A DNA stretch of 64,000 bases from the human T2T-CHM13v2.0 reference genome, Homo sapiens, in NCBI RefSeq assembly GCF_009914755.1, contig NC_060945.1; one strand, 5' to 3'. The translations under genes were made by a program, and so were the position numbers. Below the pieces are notes generated by a model. The model was given only the letters and a program-made list of their open reading frames with translations, ran no database searches and was not told the origin of the DNA. Of the stretch, positions 62,101 to 64,000 are shown piece by piece. Each line of letters opens with the position of its first letter. The first letter of the stretch is position 1.

Positions 62101-64000
62101 GGGAAAGGAAATATCTTCACATAAAAACTACAGCGAAGCATTCTGACAAAGTTCTTTGTGTTGTGTGTGTTCAACTCACAGAGTTGAGTCTTTCTTTTGA
62201 TTGAGCAGTTTTGAAACACACTTTTTTTAGAATCTGCAAGTGGATATTTCGAGTGCTTTGCAGCCTCTGTTGGAAAAGGAAATATCTTCACATAAACTAG
62301 ACAGAAGCAATCTGAGAAACTTCTTTGTGATGTGTGCATTCATCTCACAGAGTTGAAACTTTCTTTTGATTGTGAAGTTTTCAAACACTCTTTTTGTAGA
62401 ATCTGCAAGTGGATATTTGGAGGTCTTTGTGACCTACAGGGGAAAAAGAAATATCTTCACATAAAAACTAGACAGAAGCATTCTGAGAAACATCTTTGTG
62501 ATATGTGCATTCATCTCACAGAGTTGAAATTTTCTTTTTATTGACCAGTTTTGAAACGCTCTTTTTGTACAGTCTGCAAGTGGATAATCATAGTGCTTTG
62601 AGGCCTATGGTGGAAAATGAAATATTTTCACAATAAAATTAGACAGAAGCGTTCTGTGATACTTCTTTGTGATATGTGCATTCATCTCACAGAGTTGAAC
62701 CATTCTTTTGATTGAGTAGTTTTGAAATACTCTTTTTGTAGAATCTGCAAGTGGATATTAGGAGCACTTTGTGGCCTATGGCGGAAAAGGAAATATCTTC
62801 ACATAAAAACTAAAGAGAAGCATTCTTAGCTACTTTGTTTTGTGTGCATTCATCTCACAGAGTTAAACCATTCTTTTGATAGAGCAGTTTTGAATGTCTC
62901 TTTTTGTAGAATCTGCAAATGGATATTGGGAGCGCTTTGAGGCCTATGGTGGAAAAGGAAATATCTTCACATAAAAACTACAGAGAAGCATTCTGAGAAA
63001 CTTCTTTGTGATGTGTGCATTCAATTCACAGTGTTCAACCTTTCTTTTGATTGAGCAGTTTTGAAACACTCTTTTTGTAAAATCTGCCAGTGGATATTTG
63101 GAGCGCTTTGAGGCCTATACTGGAAAAGGAAATATCTTCACATAAAGAGTAGACAGAAGCATTCTGAGAAACTTCTTTGTGACGTGTGCATTCACCTCAC
63201 AGAATGGAACCCTTCTTTTGATAGAGCAGTTTTGAAGGACTCCTTTTGTGGAACCTGCAATTGGATATTTGGAGTGCTATGTGACCTTAAGTGGAAAAGG
63301 CAATATCTTCACATAAAAACTAGACAGAAGCATTCTGAGACATTTCTTTGTGATGTGTGCATTCATCTCTCAGAGTTGAAGCTTTCTTTTGATTGAGAAG
63401 TTTTGAAACACTCTTTTTGTATAATCTGCAAGTGGATATTTGGAGCACTTTGCGTTCTATAGTGGAAAAGGAAATATCTTCACATACATATTTGTCAGAA
63501 GCATTCTGAGAAACTTCTTCTTCATGTGTGCATTCATCTAACAGAGTTGAATCTTTCTTTAGATTGAGCAGTTTTGAAACACTCTTTTTGTAGTATCTGC
63601 AAAGGGATACCTGGAGAGGTTTGAGGTCTATGGTGTAAAAGGAAATATCTTCACCTAAAAACTAGAGAGAAGCATTCTGAAAAACTTCTTTGTGGTGTGT
63701 GCATTCATATCACTGTCTTGATCCATTCTTTTGACTGAACAGTTTTGAAACACTCTTTGTGTAGAATCTGCAAGTGGATATTTGGAGCCCTTTGGGGCCT
63801 ATTGTGGAAAAGGAAATGTCTTCAAATAAAGACTAGACAGAAGCATACTGAGAAACTTCTTTGTGATGTGTGCCTTCATCTCACTGAGCTGAAACTTTCT
63901 TTTGATTGAGCAGTTTTGAAACACTGTTTTTATAGAGTGTGCTAGTGGATATTTGGAGCGCTCTGATGCTTATGGTGGAAAAGCAAACATCTTCACATAA
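53186..64000 (+). repeat. Alpha satellite, diverged, about 63 monomers, including a distinct block at ~58440-61150
   Basis: The 171-bp unit continues to the end of the window. Confidence 0.98.

Overview
This is primate (human or great-ape type) pericentromeric DNA, with no cellular genes, RNA genes or CRISPR arrays. About 51 kb is diverged ~171-bp alpha satellite. Every monomer I read carries the pJalpha-type box, and I saw no CENP-B box. It is arranged in several compositionally distinct blocks with relic higher-order periodicities. Three decayed LINE-1 elements interrupt it: a near-full-length L1 at 1-5821 (-), a full-length L1 at 33607-39642 (+) and a 5'-truncated 3' end at 52662-53185 (-). 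The main finding is structural. The two long L1s share the same 5' junction and about 0.85-1 kb of flanking satellite, so they are one insertion copied as an inverted duplication around a ~26 kb spacer. The right copy has no target-site duplication, has oppositely oriented satellite on its two sides and looks chimeric. A ~2 kb satellite inversion begins at a 4-bp microhomology at 31646. I found no support for a novel protein-coding system. The many short ORFs in the satellite are translation artefacts of the repeat. All alignments and offsets were read by eye and are approximate.
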